Positions 51,803 to 63,960 of a stretch of DNA of 64,000 bases are shown in pieces (the first letter of the stretch is position 1; each line of letters begins with the position of its first letter). This DNA comes from Neoconidiobolus thromboides FSU 785 (lineage: Eukaryota; Fungi; Entomophthoromycota). The position numbers and the translations under genes were made by a program. The stretch lies in assembly GCA_025603075.1 (NCBI GenBank), contig MU626349.1:1-64000 (forward strand), in the 5' to 3' direction. The notes under the pieces are model-generated. The model was not told the origin of the DNA. It saw nothing but the letters and a program-made list of their open reading frames with translations, and did no database searches.

Positions 51803-53824
51803 TTAATAAAGTTTCATTGAAGCTTCAAAGATTTTAGATAATACTTCTTCTTCTACAGTAATTGGAGCTAATTTAGTTACCCTGTGTTGAGGTAAAGTAC
51901 CTTTTACTAATTCTTGAATATTAGATGAATTATAACCTAATTCATTTAATCCATTGGGTACTTTTAAATCATTTAAAAATTTTCTTAGACCTTCACCTAA
52001 TGCTTTACCAGCATCGTCGGATTTTACAGTGTCTATATTGATACCTATTAATAATTAATATTAGTTAATATTAATATTATAAAATAAAAATTAATTAATT
52101 TAAAATTGTTGAACTTACCAAATGCTTTAGCAGCAATCAAATGTCTTTCTGGGTTGGAATCAGCAGTGAATTCAAATACTGAAGGAGAAGTAATGGCTAC
52201 AGAAATACCATGAGGCTAAATAAATTAAAATTTAAAAAAAATATTTTAATAATTAATTAATTAATTAATTAAATCGTACAATAATAGGTTTTCCAGCCAT
52301 TTCGTATTGAGGATGTAAATATTTTTTATTTAATCCAGAAATTGGGTAAGACATACTATAATAAAATAAATAAATAATAAATAATAACTAAAACATTAAT
52401 AATTTAATTACCCATGGCATAAATGAACTCCAGCATTACCAAAACCAATACCTAAAATAATAATAATTAATTTAATAATTAATTTAATAATTAATTTAAT
52501 AATTAAATTTACCAGCATAAGTAGCTGCTAATAACATATTTTCACTAGCTTCAATATCACTAGGATCTTTAAAAGCTCTTGGTAAATATTTAATACACAT
52601 TTGTAATGCTTTCAATGACCTAAAATAAATATAAATGTTATTATCATTTCTATTCATTTATCATTCATTATCCAATTAAACATTATTTTACCAAATATCT
52701 GAAATTGGATTAGCTCCTTGATAAGCTGGTCTTTCAATTGGATTCTTAGGTCTTGGACTACGTTGATTATAAGGTATAGCAGTATATGATTCTAGAGAAT
52801 GGCATAATACATCTAAACCTGAGGCTGCTATTACATTTGCAGGCATACTACGAGTATTCAATGGATCTACAATACCTAATAACGGCTTTAAATTACGATG
52901 AGCAATACCAGTCTTAGTTTGTAATGGAGTATAATCAAAAATAGCTGTTCCAGTTGTTTCACTTCCAGTACCAGCGGTAGTTGGGACTATAATAATGGAA
53001 TTAATAAAATGAACAGGTTACTTATTTATTTGTTATTCTTATTATAAATAGATAAATAAACATACCAGCAATCAATGGCTTTAAAGTCCTTGTAATTGGT
53101 AAACCTTTTCCGATAGGTGTATTAACAAAATCTAATAAATCAGCATCAGGATAACAAGAATATAAATTAGCTGCTTTAGCAGTATCAATAACAGATCCAC
53201 CACCAACAGCAATAAAAAGATCTGGTTGATTCTGTTTAGCAAAATCAATTGCTTTTTGGAAACTTTTGTTTAAAAATAAGGGTAATCTTAGTTTAATGAT
53301 TTTACAACAGTGGTGAATTATAATTATTACCTTTTATCTGTTGGTTCAATAGTAACTTGATTGAATAAAACATAATTCACATTATTTTCTTCTAAGGATT
53401 TGATAACATTTTTAACTGGACTTAATTCACTTAACTAAATAAAGTGAAACACTATTAATAAATCTTGATTGCAAAAAAACTATAAAACCTCCTTACATTA
53501 GCATCAGTTACCACAGCTACTTTTTTAGCTCCTAAATTAATCGCATCAAAGCCAACTTCTCTAAAATAAGACTTGTTAATATCCAAAAAATACAATTCTT
53601 TAAATTCATTTTTCTTACTTAGTTACTCCAAGACCATATCGAATATTAGAACTAGCCATTTCAAAAGCATATTCTTTCTCTACTGGTTTAGTGGTAGCTA
53701 ATCGATTTACGGTGTTTCTAATAGTACCCCCATGACATGGACATCCACCTGAACCATGAATTACACAAGTCATGACTTTACGTACAATTTGACTGGGTTT
53801 TGCAACTGCTTTGATAATACTCAT
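51803..53824 (-). CDS. ADHFE1: Hydroxyacid-oxoacid transhydrogenase, mitochondrial (ADHFE1/HOT), multi-exon
   Basis: [86 protein letters not shown]. Confidence 0.95.
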
Positions 53825-54754
53825 GTTTGATTCTTTTTAATTCTTTTTTTGTTTCAGATATTCAATAGAATTTTTAAGGTGAATTGTTGCCTTTTTATAG
53901 CTTAATGAAAAATGTATTTTTTAAATAAATAAATTCAATTCAAGTTCAAAAGATGAACAACCTTTTTATTCTCATTATTATTTTTAATAAAAATTGATTA
54001 CTTTTACTTTGCTATTTGCTTAAATAGGAACAATTGAATATTTTAAATGACGTAGCTTAATGTTAATCTTTGTTCGACTATAATTGGAAGGCAGGATTCC
54101 AAATGAAGCTGACTTCAAAAACTAGATTTTCTCGAAAATAAATTGTTTGGGTTTTTTTAGTAAAGGAGTGGGAATATTATTTGAAGTAACAATATTATTT
54201 GAAGTCAGTTACATGTTATCATTGTAATAATATGCTGCTTTTTAAGGTGCTCTGAAATGTGATATAGTATAGGTTTAGGCTTTATTATAAGTTTATAATA
54301 ATAATTGAATGCTTTTGAAACTTAATTGAAAATAAAAAAGTTGACTTTTTAGTTCAAAAAGTTTTAAAATTTTAAATAGCTATTTAGTCATATTTAAGTT
54401 ATACTTTATTGTCTTTATGGAAATAATATCATTATTAAATATTATTTAGTAAAAATCAATAATTTAATATATATATATATAATATAATAATATTTTACTA
54501 ATTATATTATAATTTTCTTATTTTCTAACATTTAGTAGCATTTAATTTAATTTATTAACCAGAAGTATTTTTCATGAGAACTGAGTAATATTGATGAATG
54601 CGACTAGCATTTTATCATATATATACAGCATATAGTTAACTTGTAGTGCTTCTTCTATTTTTATAAAACTTCAATAACTTAGATTTTGTTTCAATAATTA
54701 ACTAGATATTTTAAAATATGAAGTGTTTTATACTAAATAATATTATTCTAAATA

Positions 54755-54823
54755 CATTTTTTAAGCGCTATTTGAGCAGAAAATTTGTTAGTAAAATCCT
54801 TAAACATAAAAATACACCTCTAT
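54755..54823 (-). mobile_element. ~104-bp MITE, copy 6 (truncated)
   Basis: TTTTTTAAGCGCTATTTGAGCAGAAAATTTGTTAGTAAAATCC...AATACACCTCTATA is the reverse complement of the family's left two-thirds. Confidence 0.8.
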
Positions 54824-54840
54824 ATAGATTAAAATAGGTA

Positions 54841-54941
54841 TATGGGGATGTATTTTTTAATAATTTTACTAACAATCTCTCCACTTAAATAGCGCTCAAA
54901 AAATGGAAAAAGTTATGAAGTTAAAAAAAAACAGCTCCATA
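54841..54941 (+). mobile_element. ~104-bp MITE, copy 7
   Basis: TATGGGGATGT...ACAGCTCCATA, head-to-head with copy 6. Confidence 0.85.
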
Positions 54942-57448
54942 TTAATTAAAATGATTAAAACTATAATATCTCATTTACTCAAGAGTATAAATTAAATTAA
55001 ATTAAATTAAATTAAATAATTTGTTTATATCTTCAAAATTAAGAAGATAGATTAGTATTAAAACATGTCAGTTCTTGGGTTAGCTAATTCCGGTTCTCAA
55101 TTTACATTGAAATAGTAGGATGCTTTAAAGATGATAGTAGCTAACATTAATTCTATCAATCATTTATTTTCGGACCAATCTAAATACAATCATCCTAAAA
55201 TAATAACAAGCAAAGATAGTGTTTAAAGCAAAAACAAATAAAATTAATTATTCTAGTTGTTCACACAAAAATTAGCCTGAAAATAATTTTGCTGATGTAG
55301 AAGAGGGCAAAAAATATCCCAATGATTACTTTGCTCCAGACCAAATAGAAGAAAGCAACTGTAATATTGTGGAAGATGAAGTTTATTCAGACAACTTTAT
55401 GTTTTTAGAATAAGCATGTGATGTTCTAAAAGCGCTACAAATTTTTATCTTACTAGACTATAACAAAACAGAAATTCTTACATTTGATCCCATTAGCCCA
55501 TCCTTTAAGAATTTAAATAAATACCAAAAGCAATTCCCAAATAAGTTTAGAAAGTTAGCTTTGATAAAAGAATAACTAGCCAAGGTTTTAATTTCAAAAG
55601 GTACATTGGTAGTTTCATCTTTCTTTCCCATCAAGTGGAAATTGATGATGGCAAACATATAGCTATGGGACCAAATAGTTTAAAGATAAAAATTTACAAG
55701 GAAGTTAAAAGCGGGTATGGAATTCAGTGAGTACTATGTGAAGATAAACACAAAGCTTCCTATCATTATAAAAAAAGAGATGACATAAATGATAACTTAT
55801 ATGATAGCAGCAATATAATTAAATTGATCTATAATGGATAAACTTTGCCTAAAAATTACCATGGATATATATATTATTAGTGATCAATCTTGTTTTTATT
55901 CTACTAGAATTTAAGAGAAGTATTTGAATAAACTTTATAATGGCTTTCATAAAAAGAAATCGATGATAAAAAATACCCAAGTGAATTAGGTTTAAAAATA
56001 TTAATTGAAAATAAAAAATGGAGGTGTTGGAAGATTTTGGGGATTGTTGAAAAAATTCAAACTTTGTGTTTAGAAAGAGCGTTTTGTAAGAGGTAATGTA
56101 TTGAAGTTAGTTTTGTGTTTTAAATAAAATAATACTATTTTTTTCATTTAATTTTTAACATTACATTGTTAAAGTTGATCTCTTATCATGTTTGTTTTTA
56201 TACTGTCAATTTATACATGTTTCTAATTTCTACTGTTTAAGTTAAAATATTGTATTGTATAACTTTAGGTGATAGTCGTGGCATATAACAATTTCCAAGT
56301 AAACTTTCTATTTACAAAGGAATATAATATAACAACAGTAAACATCTTTATCAGTTATATTTATGAAAAATACTTACTAGTTATTAATTTCATTTGTTTA
56401 TGTGTAAGTCAAAGCTTACATAAACATCAACTATTATTATATTACAATTTTACTATAAACGTATGGGCGATATAAAGGTTTAAAATAAAGCTTTATTACT
56501 CAATATAAATTAGAACAACTCAATAAAGGAAGCTAATGTTTACTATATTTTATTTATAACCAAATGTTAAGTATTTTTATAAAATTGCTTTGTATCTAAT
56601 ATAATGCAACATCATCTACCTTATAATCTCAAGTGAAACTTCAATATAACTATGTGAGAACACTTCTTAGGTTGATTTTACATCCTATAAAAGCTTTTTA
56701 TAAATAGCATATCAAGCATATCTGGTTGTCATTATTGAAGGATAAAACCTTACTACTTTATCACCCTTTTTTAAACAAAGATTAAAAATAAACTTGTATT
56801 TCTAATCAACTTTAAATTTAATATTAAATTCAACCGTTTAAATTTTGACGTCTTAAATATTTCAAGTTTGTATATAAAAAAAGAAAAAAAAAGAGGCTAT
56901 GAAATAGAGGATGATATTTGTATTGAGAATTTTATTTTGATAATATTGATAAATTCAAGTTAAACTTTGGAAATAGATGAAAATTTTGATTAAAGCAAAA
57001 ATAGAAATAGCCTTTTTTTAACGGTCATCTTGAGCTACGTTAAATTTAAAAATAGGCCAATAAAAGCTTCGTTAAGCCATTCGGAAGTCATTAATTAGTA
57101 AATTTCCCTAAAATTATAGGCAATGTAAAAAAGGCCAAAGTAAGTAAATTTTTGTAAAAGTTAAAGTAATAACTAAAAAGTCTAAGTAATTTTGAAAATA
57201 GAGATTCCAATGATATCAATAATAGAATGATCTCAATCGTTTGAAATACCAAAATTTACTCTTAAAGTACAGTTTATCTTCATCATTCAAAGCCACTTTA
57301 AAAAAAAACTACTTTATTAATTTAATTGATTTTTTACTTTTCTTTTCTGTTTATTCATTAAAATTAGATAAATAAAAATAAAGCTTTTATTTATTGCAGA
57401 TTTCCATCAACCTTTAGACTTAATACTAATAACATATCAATTTAATTA

Positions 57449-60400
57449 ATGGCTAATCGCAATGATCCCACTGCTTTATCAGTGACCAGCAAAGGGCCTG
57501 GTATAATGAAGACGCCCTTAGGAGAGTTTCAAATTGGAAAAACTTTAGGAGAAGGTTCCTATGGTAAAGTCAAACTCATTGTCAATGTCAAAAATGGAGA
57601 TAAAGTAATTATATTATTAACTAACTCAACATTTATTAATTTCTTATATTTTTTTTAGCTAGCAGTAAAGATTATAAGAAGATTTGTGCCTCCAGATCCA
57701 GAAACTGGAAATAAGGGTAGAGGAGGGAAAACATTTGAACAAAGGATATTGAGGGAGGCTAATCTCACTCGATTTTTAAGACATCCTCATATTGTACCTT
57801 TAAAAGACTGTAGGATTACAAAATCTCATTTTTATTTGTTTCATGAATATATAAGTGGTTGTCAACTTACAGATAAAATTGGTAGAAATGGCTTAAAAGT
57901 GGAAGTAGCTGCTCATTATTTTGAACAAATTATTGATGCTATTGGGTACTGTCATTCCAATTTTGTAGTACATAGAGATATCAAAGTCGAAGTAATCTAT
58001 TTTACTCTATCTTATTATAAAATATTAATTAGTTTTTAGAATATAATGATTGATAAAGATGATAATGTAAAAATTATTGATTTTGGTTTAGCCAATTTTT
58101 TTGATCAAAAAAATGCTTTAAAAACATTTTGTGGCTCATTACAATATTCGGCTCCTGAAATTATGCGAGGAGACCCTTATATTGGCCCAGAAGTAGATAT
58201 ATGGTCAATAGGTGTTGTATTGTTTGCTATGTTAACTGGTACTTTACCGTTTGATGACCCACGTAACCCAGGTGCATGGGAATGTGTAATGAATGGCAAA
58301 ATAAAATGGACACCAAACATGCACCCAACTCCAAAATCAATTATCACTCGTTTATTAGATCCTAATCCAAAACGTCGTATTACTATGCCAGAAATAGCAA
58401 AACATCCATTTATAGCTAAAAGAGCTAGCTCTAATCCAAATACTATCTATCGTCCTAGTAATCACCGTACTTTACCAGCTAGGTTAGATCGTAGTATAAT
58501 ATCCGAAATGACAGCATGTATGTTTCAGAGTGAATATTCTATCTTACAACAATTGGAAGAAGAAATGAAAAAAGGAAAAGAGCAGGATGGATACATCACA
58601 GTAAGCAATTCGCCATTGGTAGCAGTATATCATCTTATAGCAAATACACGTGAAAAGACCAAAGTTGAAACTACTCAACCACAAGCTGATAAACCAGCAG
58701 TCACTGAAACTAAAAAAGTAGCACCTAATCCTATTCCACGCATAGTTCCCCAGTCAAAGGAACAAAATGAAGAAGCGGGGTCAGTTAAACCAGTTGAAAA
58801 TGAAATGCGTCGTAATGCTACTGACAATCACCCAGGTGTTGTTGTCGAAGAAGAAAATCAATTTAAGCGTGTGTATAGTGAAAATGGAGCAATCAACGTT
58901 GAATCACCTAAACCTAAACCTGAAGATGTTGAATCTTATGAGGCTGAAATAATTAAGAATGAAAAGCCAATATCTTCACTGAGTAGAAGGGCTGCCGTTA
59001 CTGAAGGTAGAAGGCGTAGAGCTTATACCGTCGGTGGTGGTGAAGAGTTAGATGAATCAACTAATAGTAGTGAACCATCTACAAATAGTACTAACTTTTC
59101 AAATACTATGGAAAGAGTTCGTTCTACCAACGATAAAGGATATAATTCAGGATCTGAAAATGGAACTTGGGATAAAGAAACATATAAAGCTAAGAGAGCG
59201 TCAATGTATGAAACCTATCGTAAAATGAATGAAGATTTGAGATTAGAGTTAGAACAAAAAGATCGAGATGATTCACTATTAAATAGTCAAAAACGTAAAG
59301 AGATTTATAAAAGTAAAAGAGCTAGTTTATATGAAGGGTTTTATTCTAAACAAGAATCAAAAGAAAACAAAGAACTAGTTGAATCAATTACAAAAAATGA
59401 TGATAAAAAAGTAGATGAAAGTGGTGATATACAGATCAAGATTGAAGATGAAATGACTAAAGTAAATGGTGGACGTAGAAATTCTGTAAAGAGAAGGATT
59501 ACTATTTATAAGTTAGGACGTAAACCCACTTTAAAAAAGAAGAATTCTAAACCTGAAATCATAGAAAGCGAGGTTCAGAACACTGAAAGTGAAACTGAAT
59601 CAGTTAAGGAAAGGATTCGCAATCACTTGAAAGAAAAGGAAATGATAAATAAGCAAGAAGGTGAGCCAATGCCTGTTTATGAAAGAGAATCATCATTAAA
59701 AGATAAAGATGAAAACACAATTGAACCTGATTCACAAGCTGCTATGATATTTAAGGGATTAAAAGAAGGCCCAATTGAAACTACTAGATTAAAGAAGGAT
59801 GTTTCAGATGCAGTCAAAGAATCTAATGGCAATTTGACTCCAAACAAAATCAGTAGTCCAGCACAAAATGGATTAAGGAGTCCTTTCTTGACAACAAGTC
59901 CATTGTTAGTTAGTCCTATCTCTGGTAATCGAACCAATATGTCTGAAAAAGTGAAAGCTATGATGAATAAGAAAGCAGATGAAAATGGTGAAGAACCTAT
60001 GGTACTACCAATTATTTCAAACCAAAAGAAATATTTAGACAAATTATTAAGTGATTATCGTAACAGAGCCAGTCAAGATCTTACCAAAGGAGAAGATAAT
60101 AAGCCAAAGAAAAAGGTTACTTTTAAAGACTCCAATGAAGAAGAGTACGAGAATGAATCAGATACCACAATTACTGACTCAAAAGTGTCTGTTAACGAAA
60201 AGGTCATAGTGGAAAATAAAGCGCAGGATATCTATAATAAATTAGCTAAACAGGTCTATGATAATGAAACTAGTGATTCAGAACCTGAAGACAAATACGC
60301 TAAAGATTTTTCTAAGGATGGTAAAGTTGGTATATTCAAATCACCCAAACAAAATACAAAAGAAATTGTTGATGATTTAGCCACTTATGAAGCAAAAGCT

Positions 60401-60937
60401 ATGATTGCAGCTACGACTGGTAAATCTCCCAAAGCTATGGAATTAACTATCAATCGAGTAGAAATTGAAAATCAAGATATTAATACAGCTATTGATAGTT
60501 TATTAAAATCAAAAGCTACACCACCTCCATTTAATTCTATTAAAAAGAAAGAAGAAGTTGACGTTATACCAGGTGTAAGACAAGTTTCAATAACGGAATG
60601 CTTGAAATCCAAAGTAATAAAAATTGCTAAAGTGGATATCTCCGAGCTATGTGATCAATTTTTGGATATGTTAAGTGAGCGTGATATCGAATATGATTGG
60701 CTTGAAACCGCTTTCTTTTTTAAGGTGTTGATACCTATTTCTAAGTTAGGGATTGAAAATGAACATGTTCATGCCATTGAGGCTGAGGTTGAATTGGTTC
60801 AAGTAGCTAAAGCTAAGTCTTCAGCTATCCTTTTGGTTGATAACAATACGTTTGATAAAAATGTATTAAGGGTTTTAAAAACTTCTCAATCTGAATTAGA
60901 GGCTGTTATACAACGCTATCTAAAGAGCGTTATTTAA
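57449..60937 (+). CDS. KIN1/MARK-like CAMKL serine/threonine kinase with a long disordered tail (3 exons)
   Basis: LGEGSYGKVKL, VVHRDIKVENIM, DFGLAN, FCGSLQYSAPE, YIGPEVDIWS; two GT-AG introns join the three ORF-track pieces. Confidence 0.88.
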
Positions 60938-61311
60938 TTTAATTATTTTTTCGTATTATTATGTCTTTTTTAAAAATAAATATTTTTTTAATTTAACTCG
61001 TTTTAATTTTAACTCTTGAATTTCAATTTAAGTTTTCGGCTTTTTTATCATAAAATGCCGAGGTCTAAATTGGTATTTGACAAAATCTAGAAGTTGGCTC
61101 AAAAATTGCAGAGAAGTTTTTGTCTAATTTAAAATCAACATTTTGAATTTTAAATAATATGCCATAAGTAACATAAGGTATAGCTGTTGCACTGTAATAA
61201 AAATTATCAAAATTGAATTTCATTAAACAATAAATAATTGACACTATTAGGTCACTTGAAATGTTCCGGTAGAAATTCATGCGTATTAAAATATGAGCTT
61301 ATTGATTACAA

Positions 61312-61415
61312 TACGGGGATGTATTTTTGTATTTAAGAATTTTACTGACAATTTTTCCACGTAAATAGCGCTTAAAAAATGGAAAAATAATGAAACTAAA
61401 AAAAATAGCCCCATA
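61312..61415 (+). mobile_element. ~104-bp MITE, copy 8 (retains a TA-CGGGG left end)
   Basis: TACGGGGATGT...TAGCCCCATA. Confidence 0.9.
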
Positions 61416-61649
61416 CCATTAAAGAACATACGTTGAAATACTTTTATTTTTACAGTTAAGAGAGATTTGGTATTGTAACTAAAGATTAATAGTTTTTTTA
61501 TGTGCATGAATTTATACCAGAACATTTTCAAAGATCTAATAAAAGTAGTCTATTAAATGGCTAGAGAAATAGAGAAATAGAAAAATAGAAAATACTAGAG
61601 ATTAAGTTCTTCAAAATTGCTTATAGTTGTTATCAAATTATTTTAATCC

Positions 61650-61990
61650 CTGGAGTAGGTACACCACCAAAAAAGTATAAAAAGTATAAAAAGTATGCAA
61701 AAATTAATGATCAAAAGCTCTGTCAGAACTTCTCGAAGGGCAGGTTCTAACTGACTATCACTAGTAATAGCTTGTTGTCTCAATTATATTATACTGGGAT
61801 TCTCGACAGTAAGAAGTTGAACTTTTTAGTTTCACCATGACAAAGTTTACTGAAAAGTTTAATATTTTCAAGATAAGACATTGGATCCACTTTCAACATC
61901 AAAAGCTTTTAATGTAATTTGATCCCTCTAATTATTCCTATCCATTTGCTAAATATATAGATCATAATGAAAGTCATTATCTGTTAAATA
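61650..61990 (+). mobile_element. Possible Ty3/gypsy gag-protease relic
   Basis: Broken frame DQKLCQNFSKGRF*...LYYTGILDSKKLNFLVSP* resembles a zinc knuckle followed by a retropepsin (G.I.G..vnFLVD) but lacks the catalytic D. Confidence 0.22.
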
Positions 61991-62413
61991 CATATAATAG
62001 TACGACTCTTAAGCTAAATATATTAAGCCATTACTAGTAGACTGTGAGTTAAACTGGAGGTCTTTATGTTTAGAGTTTTTAAAAGATTTGATTAATAATA
62101 GTCTTGTTTTTAAGCTTTTCTAGCTTATGGTTATCTGTTAGTTGTCAACATTTTTTTAGATTGATTGTCAATCTTATACCGGGTGTTGACTCAAGTAGAA
62201 GAAAATCATAATTTTGAAAGACATTGAGCAATGTATTGGATTATATAAATATACAAGTAACAATATTTTATAATAAATAAATTTTTATTAAGGTTTTACT
62301 TATTTTGGATTATAGAATGAATTTTAAAATGATAGTAAAAAACTACAGATATTGTGTTTTATAGTTCTGGAATATTAACAAATTAAAATAAATGGATTTA
62401 ATGTAAATAAACA

Positions 62414-62517
62414 TATAGGGATGTTTTTTTAGCTTTATCACTTTTTCCATCTTTTAAGTGCTATTTGAGCGAAAAATTTGTTAGTAAAATTCTTAAACAC
62501 AAAAATACATCCCCATA
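62414..62517 (-). mobile_element. ~104-bp MITE, copy 9
   Basis: Reverse complement matches the family; both TIRs present. Confidence 0.9.
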
Positions 62518-63392
62518 CATTAATTTTTTTATTTAATGATAAAGTTTTTAGTATCGATTTGATTTTTAATATCACATTATATAACTAAGTAATTTATTAT
62601 CTATCTTTAAAGAAGTTTAATGAAGGAAGATAGCAGCGTTCAATTTTAATTTTTCATTATACAGTATTTAAATATTAAAAAAATTAGAAATAAAGTAGTT
62701 GAAAAGAATTGATATTATTAAAAATGAATAGTCATAAAATCAAAATGAACATTCATTATCTAACCTAATTATTACTTATAGTGAATGAAATTTTATTACC
62801 TTTATATTATATTAAACGTTTTTATTTTTATCCTACAAATATTTTTCTAAGGTAGTAAAAAGTACTCTTTTAAAGTTATAGTTAAGATTAACATTAGAAA
62901 ATTCAATCAGTTTTACTTTTTTATTTAGCCAAATAGCAAATTTACATCAACTAATAACATTATTAACAACTAGCTTTAGACCTAATATGATTATATAGTT
63001 TATAATTTATCATTTGTTGTCTATTAAACCGATAGTTTTGTCAACTTCAGAAAAAAGTATCGATAATACTATTTATAATAGACCATTTCTTATTTGTTTA
63101 GTAGCTTATTTTTATATTTCAAACAGGGCATAAATAATCTCAAAGTTTACTATATAATATTGCTTTAGTGAATTAAAAATAATATTTTTGATCTTCATTC
63201 ATAGTATGAAATGGTGATATAATTCATAAAAAGTTATATACAATCTGTCCTCTTTCATTTCTTAACATTTAACGTACAATTTAAACCTTTATGAATACAA
63301 AAATAGTTAAATGAAATGCATAAATCATTGCTATTACCCATTAGAAATAGTACTTATTTATAAAATTATATGGTACTTTTTATTTTCTATCC

Positions 63393-63960
63393 TTATTCCA
63401 TTTTTGATTCTGTTTCCTTGCTAACTTTATTAGCTTCTAAAGCAGGCTGAGGCCCAGGGTGTAATAGCCAGTTTAATTTGAGTCCATGACGAATACGCTT
63501 ATTAGGTACTAATTTGCCTATTTTGAATAAAATTAAAATTATAATGGTTCATTTAATCGATAAGTTATACCATTCACGTATAGTTCTCCCCATGCTTTAC
63601 CATGTTTTAAATCCTATTCAAATTTAGTTCTCTTTTTTAGGTGAATTTATAAGTTTAGTTACTTTTTTAATTTGTGATTTTGTAATTGTATAATATAAAT
63701 TATCTTTTCCTTTATTTAACCATTCTTTGGCCGCCTAATCAACAATAAATTAATTCTTATTTTACGACTAATAGTTAAAATCGGGTTGATAAGCTAAAAT
63801 GATTAAGTTCTATAAAGGTATATTATAAACTTACCACTCTTAAACCAACTCCATTATTAGGTTGGACCGACAACAATTCAAATAAATTTTTATCCCTTCT
63901 AATAAATTGATAGGTTGCGATGTTATTACTTTTTAACAAATGGCGTATAAAATTGGACAT
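63393..63960 (-). CDS. MRPS34: Mitochondrial ribosomal protein mS34 (MRP-S34 family), 4 exons; absent from the ORF track
   Basis: Spliced: MSNFIRHLLK...KNLFELLSVQPNNGVGLRVAAKEW...YYTITKSQIKKDLKHGKAWGELYVNGKLVPNKRIRHGLKLNW...*. Three GT-AG introns preserve the frame. Confidence 0.82.

Noticed and set aside
55040-55720. Degenerate coding-like stretch near MITE copies 6 and 7
   Set aside because: Many stops and no recognisable motif, so it cannot be assigned.
62177-62187. TA-CCGGGTGTT, resembling a Tc1/mariner terminus
   Set aside because: No matching second end in the window.
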